DNA of 64,000 bases, from contig OX597833.1 of the NCBI GenBank assembly GCA_951406725.2, positions 30,132,001-30,196,000 of the forward strand. The letters run 5' to 3'. Numbering within the stretch: position 1 is the stretch's first letter; every line of letters begins with the position of its first letter. The position numbers and the translations under genes are program-made. Shown here piece after piece: positions 39,646-52,709 of the stretch. The stretch is from Octopus vulgaris (lineage: Eukaryota). The notes below the pieces were generated by a model, which worked only from the letters and a program-made list of their open reading frames with translations, was not told the DNA's origin and did no database searches.

Positions 39646-42600
39646 GCCATGACCACAGCACTTCAACATGCAACATCATATGGAGTATTATATTCAGCAG
39701 GACCCCACCATTCTTTCCTGGTGCTTTCAGTTTCCAACTGTGGTACCAAGAAAGGTTGCACATACTCCAACAACCTTCCATATATCATCAATGGAAAGGT
39801 TAACTTTTTATAATTGTTGCTATAGAAGACACACACTTTTAATGTGTTTCAAACCATTGACCCCAATAATCCTGACATACCTCTCTAGACCAGGTTATAC
39901 TATGCTTGCTGTTCATATAGATATCACTACCCACTGTTCCTGAATTTCAATGGCCCAGCAGACATGCTACCCACATCTACACCAAGCCCCATACATTGAT
40001 GACTGTGGAATTCATCTGTTGTTGCTAAGATATCACTACATCTATATTACCAAAACTGACCATCTAACTTTAAACTCTTGGATGCTGCTCTTTATCATTC
40101 CATACTTCAAGCAGTGATGTCACTGATGCATCAGATTCCATGCTAAGTTATCCACAATATGACCTAAACTGACCAATGAGGGTTAAGTTCTCCTTGTAAG
40201 AAAGAAGCCATCTTGTTTTGTCTCCATATGTTGTAGGAGCTGTTGTCATGTTCACAAAACGTTAAATAACATGAGATGCTAAGTCAACAAATAAATTCAA
40301 TAAATACTTGCATTCATTTATTCTCTCATCCATGTATTATATTATTTATTATATATACAAAGAAAGAGAGAAATACATATAATTATAACATGCAGGGTAC
40401 AAAAGATATTTGAGGATATTAAGCTTTCTTGTATGATTATCCTATGAATCCACCTTTAGCATTGATCACTGCTTCAATGCAAGATTGGAATTATTGACAT
40501 GCTAGCACTAGTTGAATGATATGTTATACTGTTGGTTTACATTTAGATGCTTTTAAGTATATTTTCATGATTTAAGTAAGTTAGTGAATATTTTTGTTAC
40601 AGTTCAGGCATATTAACCAAATCTTTTTAGGTGAAATGATTGAAGCCTGATAATTAAAGTAATATATTATTCTACAAGTTAACACTCAGTTTGTTTCAGT
40701 TATGTTTTCATGTTTGAAATATACATTATAATTGTGGGTAGCAATGATTATTGGTCTATGTTCTTTAATTAATCTATGTTTGAATTTCTAAGCTTAGGTT
40801 ATTATTTTCCACTTTGTGTATAGTTAACATGTGCTTACAACTAGCTTCAATAATTTTTGTTCAAAACATTTTGTTTGCTAGTGTGTTTTAAATTCTATAG
40901 CAAAGTTCTTTTTGAAGATATTTCTGTTTTTTATGTTTCAGATTTGATGTTTGTATTTGTAATAAAAGCAAGTGTAGATGTAATGGACATATTATGCAAA
41001 TGTTTCACTCCTGCTTCTTGTCTTTTCACTCTCAGGCTTCATATATGTTTTTAATGCTGCTAACACCTTTAAACTGAATAGTACTGCCCTGGTGTTGAAA
41101 CCACATATCTATCAGGCAGCTGATGATAATGGAAATGTGTTTAATGTGCTTGTTATCTGTGAACCTTTTATATCTTGTGTTCTTATCATTCTAACTTGTC
41201 ACATTCATGCCTTCCTTAAGTCCAATGAATGGTAAATCAAGTGCTTTAATTTACACCATCTGTGAAGTAGGTAGTTCTTCATACTAGACTCAACTTGAGC
41301 CCAATGATAAACAGGAAGGGACTGAGAACCAAGCCCTTGTGAATCCCTACCTGCAGACTAAGTTCATTGCCAACTATCACCTTACTGACAGCACCCCTGT
41401 ATGTAACTGGATGATTCTCACCAGCAATTGTATGTATGCAGCTGAATATGTTTGTATCTGGGTGTGTAATCATGTATGTACATGTACAGGGGTTAGGAAG
41501 GGCATCCAGCTGTAGAAACACTGCTGGATCAGACTGGAGCCTGGTGCAGCCTCCTGGCTTCCCAGGCCCCGGTCAAACCGTCCAACCCATGCTAGCATGG
41601 AAAACGGACATTAAACGATGATGATGATGATGATGATTGTAAACATTCCTCAACCTATCTTTTATTGATTTTTTTTCATGATTTAAACTTTTTAAGCATT
41701 CTTTTCTACATTCAAAATGTATAAATATATAAATATATGTCATAATCTGACCAGATACCAGTTGTTTGCCTATTTATGTCTTTATTCTATTATATATACA
41801 TATTTGTATGGGTGTGTGTGTGTATATATGTGTATATGCACACATTATACACACATCCTATACATATATATGAATGTATAAACAAATGCATCTATGTGTG
41901 TATATCTCCAGTGAACCTGTTTGTAGCCTGTGGCACTTTTTAAGCAATCATCAAAGTGCTTTCTTTATCTGTGCGTGTGTGTATGTGTGTATACATACAT
42001 AATAGCTATTATCTAAGCATGAATGGTTGGCAGGGTATTGTGGTTTGATGTGTGTGGGGGGGGTCTGTTGTAGGCTGGAACAGCTTATGACATAAATCTA
42101 TGATATCAAAAAAATTAATGTGTTTTTCACATGCAAACAACTCTCATTCCTAGGCCAATAACCACCCACCCCAGTATAGTTTTTTCTTTTGTGAAAATTA
42201 AGGGGAAGATGTTAGTTTGTGGTGGTGCTGGGTAAGAATTTTTTCTTTCTTTATCAACAACTTTCTTTCTTATTTTAAAGTTTTTCTTTTCATTTTCTTT
42301 CTTTCAATTTCCTCCCCTCTCTCTCTCTCCCCTTTACAGCTCCCTTCTATTCAATCTCCACAATCCACCATCCTACTAACCCTTTCTCGTCTCCCTCTAT
42401 TATGTCCACTTCTAACCTCTCCTTACTGTTTCCTTTCTCCCCTCATACTCTCACTATCTCTCCCCCTTTGCAATTCATTTCCACATCTTCCACTCTACTG
42501 TTTCTATTTTCCTTACACTTACATTTTCATTCCCTTCCTCTTCTTTATAACACCCCACCACTTATGCAGTCCACTCCAACTCAACCATGTCCATCCCCAG

Positions 42601-43319
42601 TCAACAACATAATTGAAATCAATAGTTAAAATGCATTTCAACATATCTTTTCTATTGTCCTGATTTAACAAGAAAGCTTGTTTTTTTTAATCTAGAAACC
42701 ATTTGTTGAAACCAATATTTTCATGGAATGATCTCTTTTTACCAATAATGAAAACACACTGGCACCAATTGCAATTTCTTTAATGAGAAACATGCAGATT
42801 CTGTCCTCAGAACTAAGGCAAATGCTCTGAGATGAGGGACTGAAAGCCATATCTGATAAGGAGAGACATGCTGTTGTAACAAAGCCACAATTTGACTTTT
42901 GATGGACTGGAATGGTTGTGTACTATTTGATTTCAGAAGCTCTATGTTACTTCTTACCTGCACTTTGCTCAACTGTTTGGAGCAAGTGATGAGTCAAAGA
43001 TAACAGTAGATTTTAGCTTGCCATGGCTCTCACTGAACAACATAAAGCACTGTAAACAGTGGCTAAAATACAGTTGGCAATAAGTTTTTGCAAGGAGCAA
43101 ATTTTCTTTCTTGTATGGTTTACACTACAAACTTTATGCATGTATGCTAGACTTGTTTGCCCATCTTTTAAGCCAAGATAAAACGTACATAATAACACTT
43201 CTAATCAGTTAAGATCAGAAGCTATGAAAGTATTATTATCATATAGTATTATTATCATTTACCAAATGAAATTTTCTTTGGAGTACTTGTAAAAAGAACT
43301 ATTATTGCCTAAGTAAGGT

Positions 43320-44150
43320 CTGTGAAGTTTGTTCTATTTGGTCTCTGCTATTGAATTGATAATCACATGTAGGCTGTTCCTAATAGGGCTATTTTTTATA
43401 CTGTGTGTAGTGTTTTAAGCCCTGATATGGCTTGTATGTTTTTGTTCATATTTTTTAAAATCATACTTTATGTTCCAATTATTATTTGTACCATTCTCAC
43501 ATTCATGTTCCTTGTCTTAAATATTTTGATTTTAAATTCCTTGTATTTTAACAGGATTCTTTTTTACAACTTTCAAGGTTTTGATGTCTATCAGCATACA
43601 TTTTCTTCTCTCCGTTTCTTGATTGTTATGTCTGGATGGTTTATCTTGATTTCTTTTGTCAGTTTGCACTGACATATCCTAGATGATTGTGGCCAAGTCA
43701 TTATCATGTACTGTGTTTGGTGCATGTTTGTACCATTTCTCGTCTTTTCATATTGAAGTATTGGCAAATTGCCCAGTGGTATATACGTCCCATTTGATTA
43801 TGCCTGGGTATATATTCAGATTTGGTAAGGACTGGGAAGCTAACCATCTCATTGTGCTGAATGCACATTATGCATTTTGTCCATTTTCATTGTTTTGTTC
43901 TTATTGTTGTATGTTTGTGCAGCTAGAATCAAATCATCCTGGTTTTGCTTATACTCCAGTTCTTTTTCATGTCAGGTTACCCCTTTCTTGTACGGGTGGG
44001 GATAGGGATATTCTGTCTATATCTGCTGTAGGGTGATGACTTCAGTATGCTGTCAGTAGTTTCTTCTGCTTTTTTGTTGCTTAATTTTCCAACTCAGCTT
44101 CAAGTATATAACATTCCATCTAACTCTGTATGTTCTGAGTTCATATTCTT
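43320..44150 (-). mobile_element. R4/Dong-clade fragment, restriction-like endonuclease region
   Basis: Minus strand reads EY..RHNQMGRIYHWAIC, WYKH.P, N.PDI.I...LIDI, K..KY; highly degenerate. Confidence 0.6.
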
Positions 44151-45056
44151 TTTGGTCAACGTATTTAAATAAGTTCCAACTGAGAAGTGGGCTGAATGTA
44201 ATTGACTATTCCCTCCTTAAAATTGCAGGCCTTGTGCCAAAATTCGGGGGGGGGGTTAGTAGTAGTAGCAGTAGCAGCAGCAGCAAGTAGCTGTAGTAGT
44301 AGAGTGGTGGCTTTGTTAAATTACTGCAGTATTTAGTTACAGTCCTTCATGTTGTAAGTTCAAATTCCTTTGAGGTCAACATTTTCTTTAAAAATTCATT
44401 GCAAACAGAAACACACACACAAAAAATTAAACAAATAGATTTTAAATAAAATGAAATTATCTGTCAACCAATGAAAATGTTGGAATGTTCTAAACACAGC
44501 TTAAATTTTATTTTAAACATCATATATCAATGTTGATTTCTGAGTCTCATGTAATCATGATTTGTATAAACTATTTATTTATCACACTGGGGAATTTGTA
44601 AACAAATTTTTTAATGTTTTTTAAATAAAAAAAGTGAATGTGTAGCTCTCCATTCTAAATACAAATATGTTAAATGAAATTTAACTGTTTACTAATTTGT
44701 AACAGTGGAATACTGAGAAGACAAATTGTACTTTCTTTTTTATTTCTAGATAAAGCTTCAAATGTATATATATATATATGGCACAGTGAAAATACGTAAG
44801 AAAAACACCTGCACCCCTACTCTATAATATCCCCCCAAAATACACCTATACAATCAATCACCAAACAAATAGACAGTATTATAAAAAGAAAATACACATG
44901 GTAAGATGCTTGCTTCCCAGCCACATGATTCTGGGTTCAGTCCCACTGTGTGGTACCTTGGGCAAGTGTCTTCAACTATAGCCTCAGGCTGACCAAAGCC
45001 TTTTGAGTGGATTTGGTAGTCAGAAACTGAAAGAAGCCCATTGTGTGTGTGTGTGT

Positions 45057-45103
<47 letters not shown>

Positions 45104-46043
45104 TGGATATATCTATGTGTTTGTCCCCTCATCACTGCTTGACAACTGGTGTTGGTGTGTTTACATTCTTGTAACTTAACAGTTCGGCAAAAGAGACTGA
45201 TAGAATAAGTAATAGACTTAAAAAGTAAGTCTTGGAGTCAATTTGCTCAACTATAAAAAAAAAAACCTTTCCAGGTGGTGCTCTAGCATGGCCAAAGTCA
45301 AATAGCTGAAACGAGTAAAAAAGTAAAAGGATAAAAAAAAAATAAAAGAATATGAGGAATATTGTATAAATTCATCTGAGCAATTTCTACAGATCTTAGG
45401 GGAAATTGATAATGTAGGTACTATTTCTATGTTAGATGTAGAATGTTCACCATTGTCCCAATGGCATAAAAGATAAAAATCATTATGAATATAATGTATA
45501 ATGTATATAAACAGCTAAATATAAAGCTGCTTATGATACCAGCAAACTTATTGAAAAAAACTACTTATGATATGCATGACTGAAGTGCTGCTTTGCTGCC
45601 CAGAAAGAAATTTATACAAACAAACAGGTGGAGTGACTATGGGTTTCCCCATTAGGACCTCCATTTGTAGCATTCTACCTGTCCACAATAGAAAACAAGC
45701 AAAACACAAATACATAATATACATCAGATATGTAGCTGATATACTACTTGTAATAGATACTCTTAAGGAAGCTGAGAGACTAATGGAAGACTTAGAAAAC
45801 AACTCCGTACTAAATTTAACATCCAAAATGATACAAATAAGACCCCATCTTTAAACATAAACCTGTAGAAAAAAAAACATACATTATGTAAGTATACACC
45901 AAAGAATTAAATAAATACAAATATTTACATGGAGACAGGAAATACCCACACAACTAATAAGATGTCAATGGTAAAAATCACTCTTCAGAAGAGCATTTAT
46001 ATTCTCATCCACAATGTACTAGAATTAAACAAGCATAAATTAA

Positions 46044-46173
46044 CCTTTAGCACATTGAAGGCAAATCATATTCCCATACAAGTTTTCTTCCCTCTCAATG
46101 CGGCACAATGTGCCTGCAGCTACAGGGGAGAAAACTTATTCACCAACATGATTTGCCCTTAATGTGCTAAAGG
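46044..46173. mobile_element. piggyBac-type MITE
   Basis: TTAA TSDs (46040-46043, 46174-46177); 26-bp TIRs CCTTTAGCACATTGAAGGCAAATCAT / ATGATTTGCCCTTAATGTGCTAAAGG. Confidence 0.85.
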
Positions 46174-46389
46174 TTAATAATGGGCATTTTAATAGACTAG
46201 TGAACCAAGGTATAAAAGCATACACAAATACAATACAATATACCAGAGAATACACTAAACTGAAATCTATTGCATGAACCAAATGCACAAGTCCTATCAA
46301 AAGGAGAAACATCTAATAAAAACCTTCATAAAATGCAACAGAAAATGCATCACACCTGACCATTAACTTAAACTAATAATATACTATTA

Positions 46390-46745
46390 GCAGGAGTGGC
46401 TGTGGTAAGTAGCTTGCTTACCAACCACATGGTTCTGGGTCCAGTCCCACTGCGTGACACCTTGGGCGAGTGTCTTCTCCTATAGCCTCGGGTTAACCAA
46501 AGCCTTGTGAGTGGATTTGAGAGACAGAAACTGAAAGAAGCCCATCATGTATATGTATGTGTGTGTGTTTATGTATCTGTGTTTGTTACACACACACACA
46601 CACACCCCCACATCGCTTGACAACCAGTGGTGGTGTGTTTATGTCACTGTAACTTAGCAGTTCGGCAAAAGAGACCGATAGAATAAGTACTAGACACAAA
46701 GAATACATCCACAGGCAAATGACTGAAACAAGTAAAAAGAAAAAG
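46390..46745 (+). mobile_element. tRNA-derived SINE (family B), nested in the Penelope fragment
   Basis: gcaggagtggctgtggtaagtagcttgc...gggtccagtcccactgcg...gactgaaacaagtaaaaaga with an A-rich tail. Confidence 0.8.
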
Positions 46746-47074
46746 AGAATATGAAAATACCAAATCTAAGAACCTCCTTATCAATAACTCACCGGAAACA
46801 TATGAACCCAAGAACAAAATATAGGTGATGAATGTAATCTATAAATTTGACTGTAAAACTCAATGTTGCAAACTTGAGGATGGTAGCTGTTACATTGGAC
46901 AAATCAGTAAAAAAAATTTTACACAGGCACCCTCTGCACTTTCAGTATGGATCTAGCATATTACACCACACACCATCATCATACTACAAAACAAAATTTG
47001 ATAGGTAAATGCTAGAAGAAAATACTTACATGCTTTATATAAGTTCACAAAAAAGATTAATTATGGAAACCAGT

Positions 47075-47281
47075 AAGATGGTGAGCAGGCAGAATTGTTA
47101 GCGTACCAGAAAAAAATGCTTAGCAGCATTTCTTCTGACTTTACATTCTGAGTTCAAATGCTGTTGGGATCGACCATCCCTTCATCTTTTCAAGGTCAAT
47201 AAGTACAGTTGAACTGGCATCAATGTAATCAACTTATCCCCTCCTCTGAAATTGCTGGCCTTCTGCCAAAATTTGAAACCA
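47075..47281 (+). mobile_element. tRNA-derived SINE (family A), sense orientation
   Basis: ggtgagcaggcagaattgttagc...ctgagttcaaat...gctggccttctgccaaaatttgaaacc. Confidence 0.75.
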
Positions 47282-47469
47282 GTTATGGAAACCATAACAA
47301 TGTCAAAATTAACACAAACACACTAAAAAAGAAATCAACACATGACCATGACCACTGTTGTGGTAGGGTGTGTGAGAAGTTTTCTTGTTTAGTATGGGTG
47401 GGACACACAGCACTTCTAGAACTCAGTTTCACTGACATGGGCGAGTCTTCTCAAGAACTTCATATCACC

Positions 47470-48628
47470 AGACATCTCAGTCCATTGTCATTTTTTCTTT
47501 GAGGCCGAACATCCTGAAATCGGTCCTTACCACTTCATTCTATGTCTTCCTAAGTCTCCTTCCCCAGGCACCAACCACTTTCAGTGATCAGCATTTCTTT
47601 ATGCAGCTGTCTTCATTCATACTCATCACATGTCCAAACCAATGTAGTCTTCTCTCTTGCATGCTACATTTGATTCCTCTTATGCTCAACTTTTCTCTCA
47701 ATACATTTGCACTTTGTCGTACATGCAGACTGATGTTGCATATCCAATGGCGCATACGGTCTTCATTTCTCTCTTGTCTTCTGCATTCAGAGCCTATGTC
47801 TCACTACCATGGAGTATAGCTGTTCACACACAAGCATCATACAGTGTACCTTTCACTCTGAGAGAGAGTCTTTTTGTTGCCAACAGAGGTAATAGCTATC
47901 TGAACTTCCTCCACCCAATTCTTATTCTAGAAACATTACCTTCAGAGCATCCTCCACCAGGTAACAGAAACTATCTACATCCTCAAGAGAGCCTCCTGGG
48001 CATTTGAGAGAATTTAAATCTCATTTTCTCTTCGTACTTATTGTTCCTGCACATCTGCCACATACAAAGATGACTTTATCTGTTAATCTAACTGTGATTC
48101 CACTGCATCTCTAATGTGTCCATAGTTTACACTGGGTGCTACGAATGGAATTTTTTCCAACTCCTTTCCTATATACTGAGCAGGGCCATTTACCTGACAG
48201 AAAGAAAGTTTTATCTTTCTTTCTTACTAACAACATCTTTGGTCTTTGCTAGGTTATCTTTCAGGCCCTTTGATTCTAGATTTTGCTTCTGTACCTGGAA
48301 TTTCTTCTCCAATTCTGCTAAAGATTCTGCAATAAGAGCAAGGTCATCAGCATATAGCAGTTCCTACAGGCATCCAGTTTTGAATTCCTCTGTTATGGCC
48401 TGAAGAACTATAATGAATAAGAGAGGGCTGAGAGCTGAGCTTTGGTGTTTCACTAGGAAGATGGCATCGTGGTACTTTTCCCAGGTACAAAACCAAATTG
48501 CATCTCATTTAGTTTAATTCTGTTCCTAATCAATTGAGCGATAGCCTCTCACTAAATTTCATGACTTCGTCTAGCACTTTAATATCTCTGTAGATGTTTC
48601 TATGTAAAGCATCACCTTTACCCTTCTA
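47470..48628 (-). mobile_element. Diverged RTE LINE, RT/3' fragment
   Basis: Minus strand QFGF, EEFKTGCL*ELLYADDL; colinear with the 63-kb copy, with deletions. Confidence 0.85.
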
Positions 48629-48629
48629 G

Positions 48630-50410
48630 CATCATCATCATCATCATTGTTTAACATCTGTTTTCCATGCTGATGTTGGTTGCACCAGGTTCCAATCTGA
48701 TCTGGCAAGGCCCTTCCTAATGCCAACCACTCTGAAAGTGTAGTGGGTACTTTTTACATGCCACCAGCATGGGAGCCAGTCAGGCAGCACAGGCATCAGC
48801 CATGACTATGATTTCACTTCACTCAGCAGGTCTTCTCAAGCACAGTGTGTTGCCCAGCAATTCAAGGGTACTTTTAAATGGGCTGGTTATGTGACACTGG
48901 TATTGGCCACAGCTGTGATTTCACTTTACTTGCTGGATCTTCTCAATCACAGCATATCTCCAAAGGTCTCAGTCTCTTGTCATTGCCTCTGTGAGGCCCA
49001 ACATTCAAAGGTCGTGCTTCACTACCTTTTCTACAGCTTCCTTCCACTGTTAGGGTGTGGCACTTCTTCACACAGCTGTCCTCATCCATTTGTAGCACAT
49101 GACCATACCATCATCTCTCTTGCACACCACATCTGATGCTTCTTATGTCCAACTTTTCTCTCAGAGCACTTACATTCTGTCATGTATGCACACTAACATT
49201 ACACATTCAGTGGATCATACTAGCTTTTCTTTCAAACCTATGCATGTCCTCAGCAGTCATGGTTCATGTCTCATTGCTGTGTAGCATGGCTATTCACACA
49301 CATGCATCATACAGTCTACCTTTCACTCTGAGCAAGAGGCCCTTCATTACCAGTAGAGGTAGGAACTTTCTAAACTTTGCTATTCTTATTTTAGTAGCTA
49401 TGCTCTCTGAGCATCCACCCCGACTACAGACTTGGTGACCTAGGTAGCAGAAACTATCAACTACTTCCAGTTTCTTCCCCTGGCATGTGATGGAATCTGT
49501 TTTCTGTACATTTTCAGTGATTATTGTCCCTGTGCATCTTCCACACACAAAAACTATCTTCTCAGTTAACCTTCCTTTAATATTGCTGCACCTCTTATGT
49601 ATCCATAGCTCACACCGGGTGCATCTTATAGAGAACCTACCTATACCTTTTCTACAGATCAAGCAGAGCTGTCTACCTGAAGGGGTTTGTGATTTGTCTG
49701 CCTTCCTACTTACTAGGACTTTTTGCTAGAGTGTCTCTAAGGCCCTTCGATTCTAAACTTTGCTTCCATGCCTGAAACTTCATCTCTAGTTCTGGTAGTG
49801 GCTCAGCTATTTGAGCAAGGACATCAGCATAGAGGAGCTCCTAGGGGCAGCCTGTCTTGAATTCCTCCATTATTGCCTGGAGGATTATGATGAACAAGAG
49901 ACTGAGTACTGATCCTTGGTGAACCCCTGCTTCTACCCTGAATTCTTTGCTGTACTCATTGTCCACCCTCACCTTACTGATAGCATCCCTGTTTATCCTT
50001 GTCTATCCATTGACCACCAGATAAGTCAACAAAAACCAGAAATATAGCATCAGTGGTGCTTCTACCTGTCACAAAACCAAACTGCATCTCATCTAGGCTG
50101 TTCCTCTCCATGACTTTTATTGCCAGCAATTTGATACCCCTGTAGTTATTTCTATCTAAAGCATCACCTTTACCTTTGTAACAGTTTACTATGGTACTGC
50201 TACACCAGTCATTGGGTATGACTCCTTTGTGAGCTACCTGATTTACAATATGGGTGACTAGACCATAACCCACTCCACCAGATATTTTAAGCATCTCAGT
50301 GGTGATTCCTGATGAGCAGGGGGATTTCCCCTATTTTCATATCCTTAATTGCTTTATCTACCAGAGTACTGTCGATTCAGGTAACTGGTCTCTCAAGTGG
50401 GTTGCCAATC
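48630..50410 (-). mobile_element. RTE LINE, 5'-truncated, with 3' UTR
   Basis: ORFs 49974-50294 (NYRGIKLL, QFGF) and 49294-49662; (ATG)n tail at 48630-48648. Confidence 0.92.
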
Positions 50411-50763
50411 CTGAATAACCTGATTAACTGTACAGGTGACTAAGCTGCATCCTACACCACTGGAAATTTTAATCATCTTTCTGATGGCCCAGTGCTTTCC
50501 CTGTCTTCATATAAGAAACAATACAAACACTAAATATATCAATTCTTTTTTGTTTCTTTTTAATGGTAAGGAAACTGTATAAAATGTAGAAACATTGGGT
50601 ATGGGTTTAGAAACTCAGTTTTTCCAAACCAAGTATAAAAAGCTCATAAGAAAATATTAAAGATATAAAATACAAAAGAAAACTCTTGAACGTAGTTATG
50701 TATATAATGAAACATGCATATGTGTATTTATATGTATATATGTATGACTGAAACAAGTAAAAG

Positions 50764-50811
<48 letters not shown>

Positions 50812-51277
50812 TGTATAAATGTGTGTGTGTATGTATAAACAATGTGTGGGAGAGTACAAAGTAAGTGTGGTATAGATATCCACAGAGTAACATTTAGATT
50901 AAAAGAATTTACAGTAAAAAATTGATGAGCGATGACTAGAAGTATATTGAGTTCTTCATAACCAGCTGATCTAGCAAGCGGGGCCTCATATCAGTGAGGG
51001 GGGGCCAGTGCGCATTGATGCCATCGAGAGGTAGGTCCCGAAACAGCGCGCATTCTTTCCTGATGACCCCATACACTTGCTAGCTTCCGATATACGGAGC
51101 TTTTAACTGGTAGCACTTGCATGTGCAAGTTGTTTGCAAGACATCTTCCTTATTCTGCTTCCTTCTAAAAATAGACCTTTACACCTGAATTATGAAGTTT
51201 TCTGCATAGTTAGAAGCTTTCTTTATTTCCCTTTTATTTCATTTTCTAAAAATTAAATATATTGTAAAATTGCTGTC

Positions 51278-51306
<29 letters not shown>

Positions 51307-51310
<4 letters not shown>

Positions 51311-51956
51311 AACATAATCAAAAAGGATAATAACATAGATTATTATTACCAGTGGCCTAGCACAAAAGACGAATTAGTCATTAGACAAAATATTATTCAT
51401 ATAGAAAAATATTATTCATAGAGAAATATAATAAAGGGCTCCCACATAAGGAAGCCTAGTGTTAGAGACACAAAAAGGGATAAATTCATCGAGAGTGAAA
51501 ATCAAAAACATTTACCAATAACGATATATCCCGGACTGATCAGTTTCTACCTCTTTCTAGCAAAACAGACAGAATATGTTTGCCAAGGCAAGGTTCGTCA
51601 GTGGGACGCCTTTGCTAATTCTAGATGCACTGAGCGTTAGACCATGTGTTGATCTAACAATTTGTAAATCTTAACTTTTCAAACCTCTGCGCAGACGCAA
51701 AATATACCCGGTGATATAGGGCATGCCGGTAAAAAATTTTACGAACAAATTTATCAAGTAATATGTGAACATAATCAAAAAGGGTAATAACATAGATTAT
51801 TATTACCAGTGGCCTAGCACAAAAGACGAATTAGTCATTAGACAAAATATTATTCATATAGAAATATAATAAAGGGCTCCCAAATAAGAAAGCCTAGTGC
51901 TAGAGACACAAAAAGGGATAAATTCATCGAGAGTGGAAATCAAAAACATTTACCAA

Positions 51957-51958
<2 letters not shown>
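51307..51958 (-). mobile_element. Penelope pLTR / retrozyme-like element: about 200-bp direct repeats around a hammerhead-bearing core, inserted in (TA)n
   Basis: 51307-51520 is nearly identical to 51764-51958 (period 457); TA tracts on both sides; no ORF. Confidence 0.75.
51529..51606 (-). ncRNA. Type I hammerhead ribozyme motif
   Basis: Minus strand: TCCCA CTGACGA ACCT..TTGGCAAA..TTTGCTAG..AGGT A GAAA CTGATCAG TC CGGGA. Core CUGACGA/GAAA, palindromic stem III, GUC triplet, stem I TCCC/GGGA with an A-C mismatch at its base and an extra A before GAAA. Confidence 0.7.
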
Positions 51959-51991
<33 letters not shown>

Positions 51992-52230
51992 TATGTTCTC
52001 TCCCTGTTTATTTCTGTGTTCCTTTCTGTCGAAGAACGTAGGCTCGAAATGTAAAAGACTTTCTCAATTCCCAAGCATTAAGCTAATATGTCTGTTTGTT
52101 GTTTACAAACCTGTCTTCATCTTCTGTTTTTTTGTAAATTCTCACTATATATATATGTATATATATATATATACATATATATATAGACTTTGATTTTTCT
52201 CCCTATTATTTCTTTCTTTTTGTCATTCAG

Positions 52231-52380
52231 GTTATCCTATAGTTACACCATCCAACAATTTATTAATCAGCAATGTCCAAGTTGTAGATGCTGGCATCTA
52301 TAAGTGTGTTGCTACAAACCCTCTTACTAATGAAACTTCAACATCAAGCCAAACAGTAACATTGAACGTCATCTCATTTG
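52231..52380 (+). CDS. Internal exon B, C-terminal half of the same Ig domain (Ihog/CDON/BOC-like)
   Basis: tttgtcattcAG acceptor, GTAAGT donor at 52381, 150 nt, phase 1-1, in frame with exon A. Encodes YPIVTPSNNLLISNVQVVDAGIYKCVATNPLTNETSTSSQTVTLNVISF (D-x-G-x-Y-x-C; NP-x-T as in CDON/Ihog Ig2). Not in the ORF track. Confidence 0.9.
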
Positions 52381-52672
52381 GTAAGTTCAAGATTTGTTGC
52401 TTAAGTAAGTTCAAGATTTGTTGCATCAGATTACTTTGCCAGACGTAATACTTATTTATTCAATTTGGTTTGAAGTAATTATGCTTTATCTTGCAGCTTC
52501 AGCATTTCAATGTGATTGTATATTCTTAGAATGACATTGTATGGAAGGTAGAAGAGGCCAAATATGGCTCACTTGAATATAAAACATGTAGAACATAAGA
52601 ACCTGTTACGGCTGGTTTAAATGCTAAAGGGTTAATGTGCTTATATATGTATATGCATTGCAGATACACATT

Positions 52673-52709
<37 letters not shown>

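Larger units (their letters stand above)
45380..47070 (+). mobile_element. Degenerate Penelope-like element (RT + GIY-YIG) with nested MITE and SINE
   Basis: LDV..F, YKQTGGVTMGFP (GVAMGSP-like), YIRYVADI (YVDD-like); near 46830-46905 NVIYKFDC...YIGQ. Confidence 0.75.

Noticed and set aside
40330-41100. Possible minus-strand Penelope/GIY-YIG remnant
   Set aside because: Only faint motif traces; too decayed to support.
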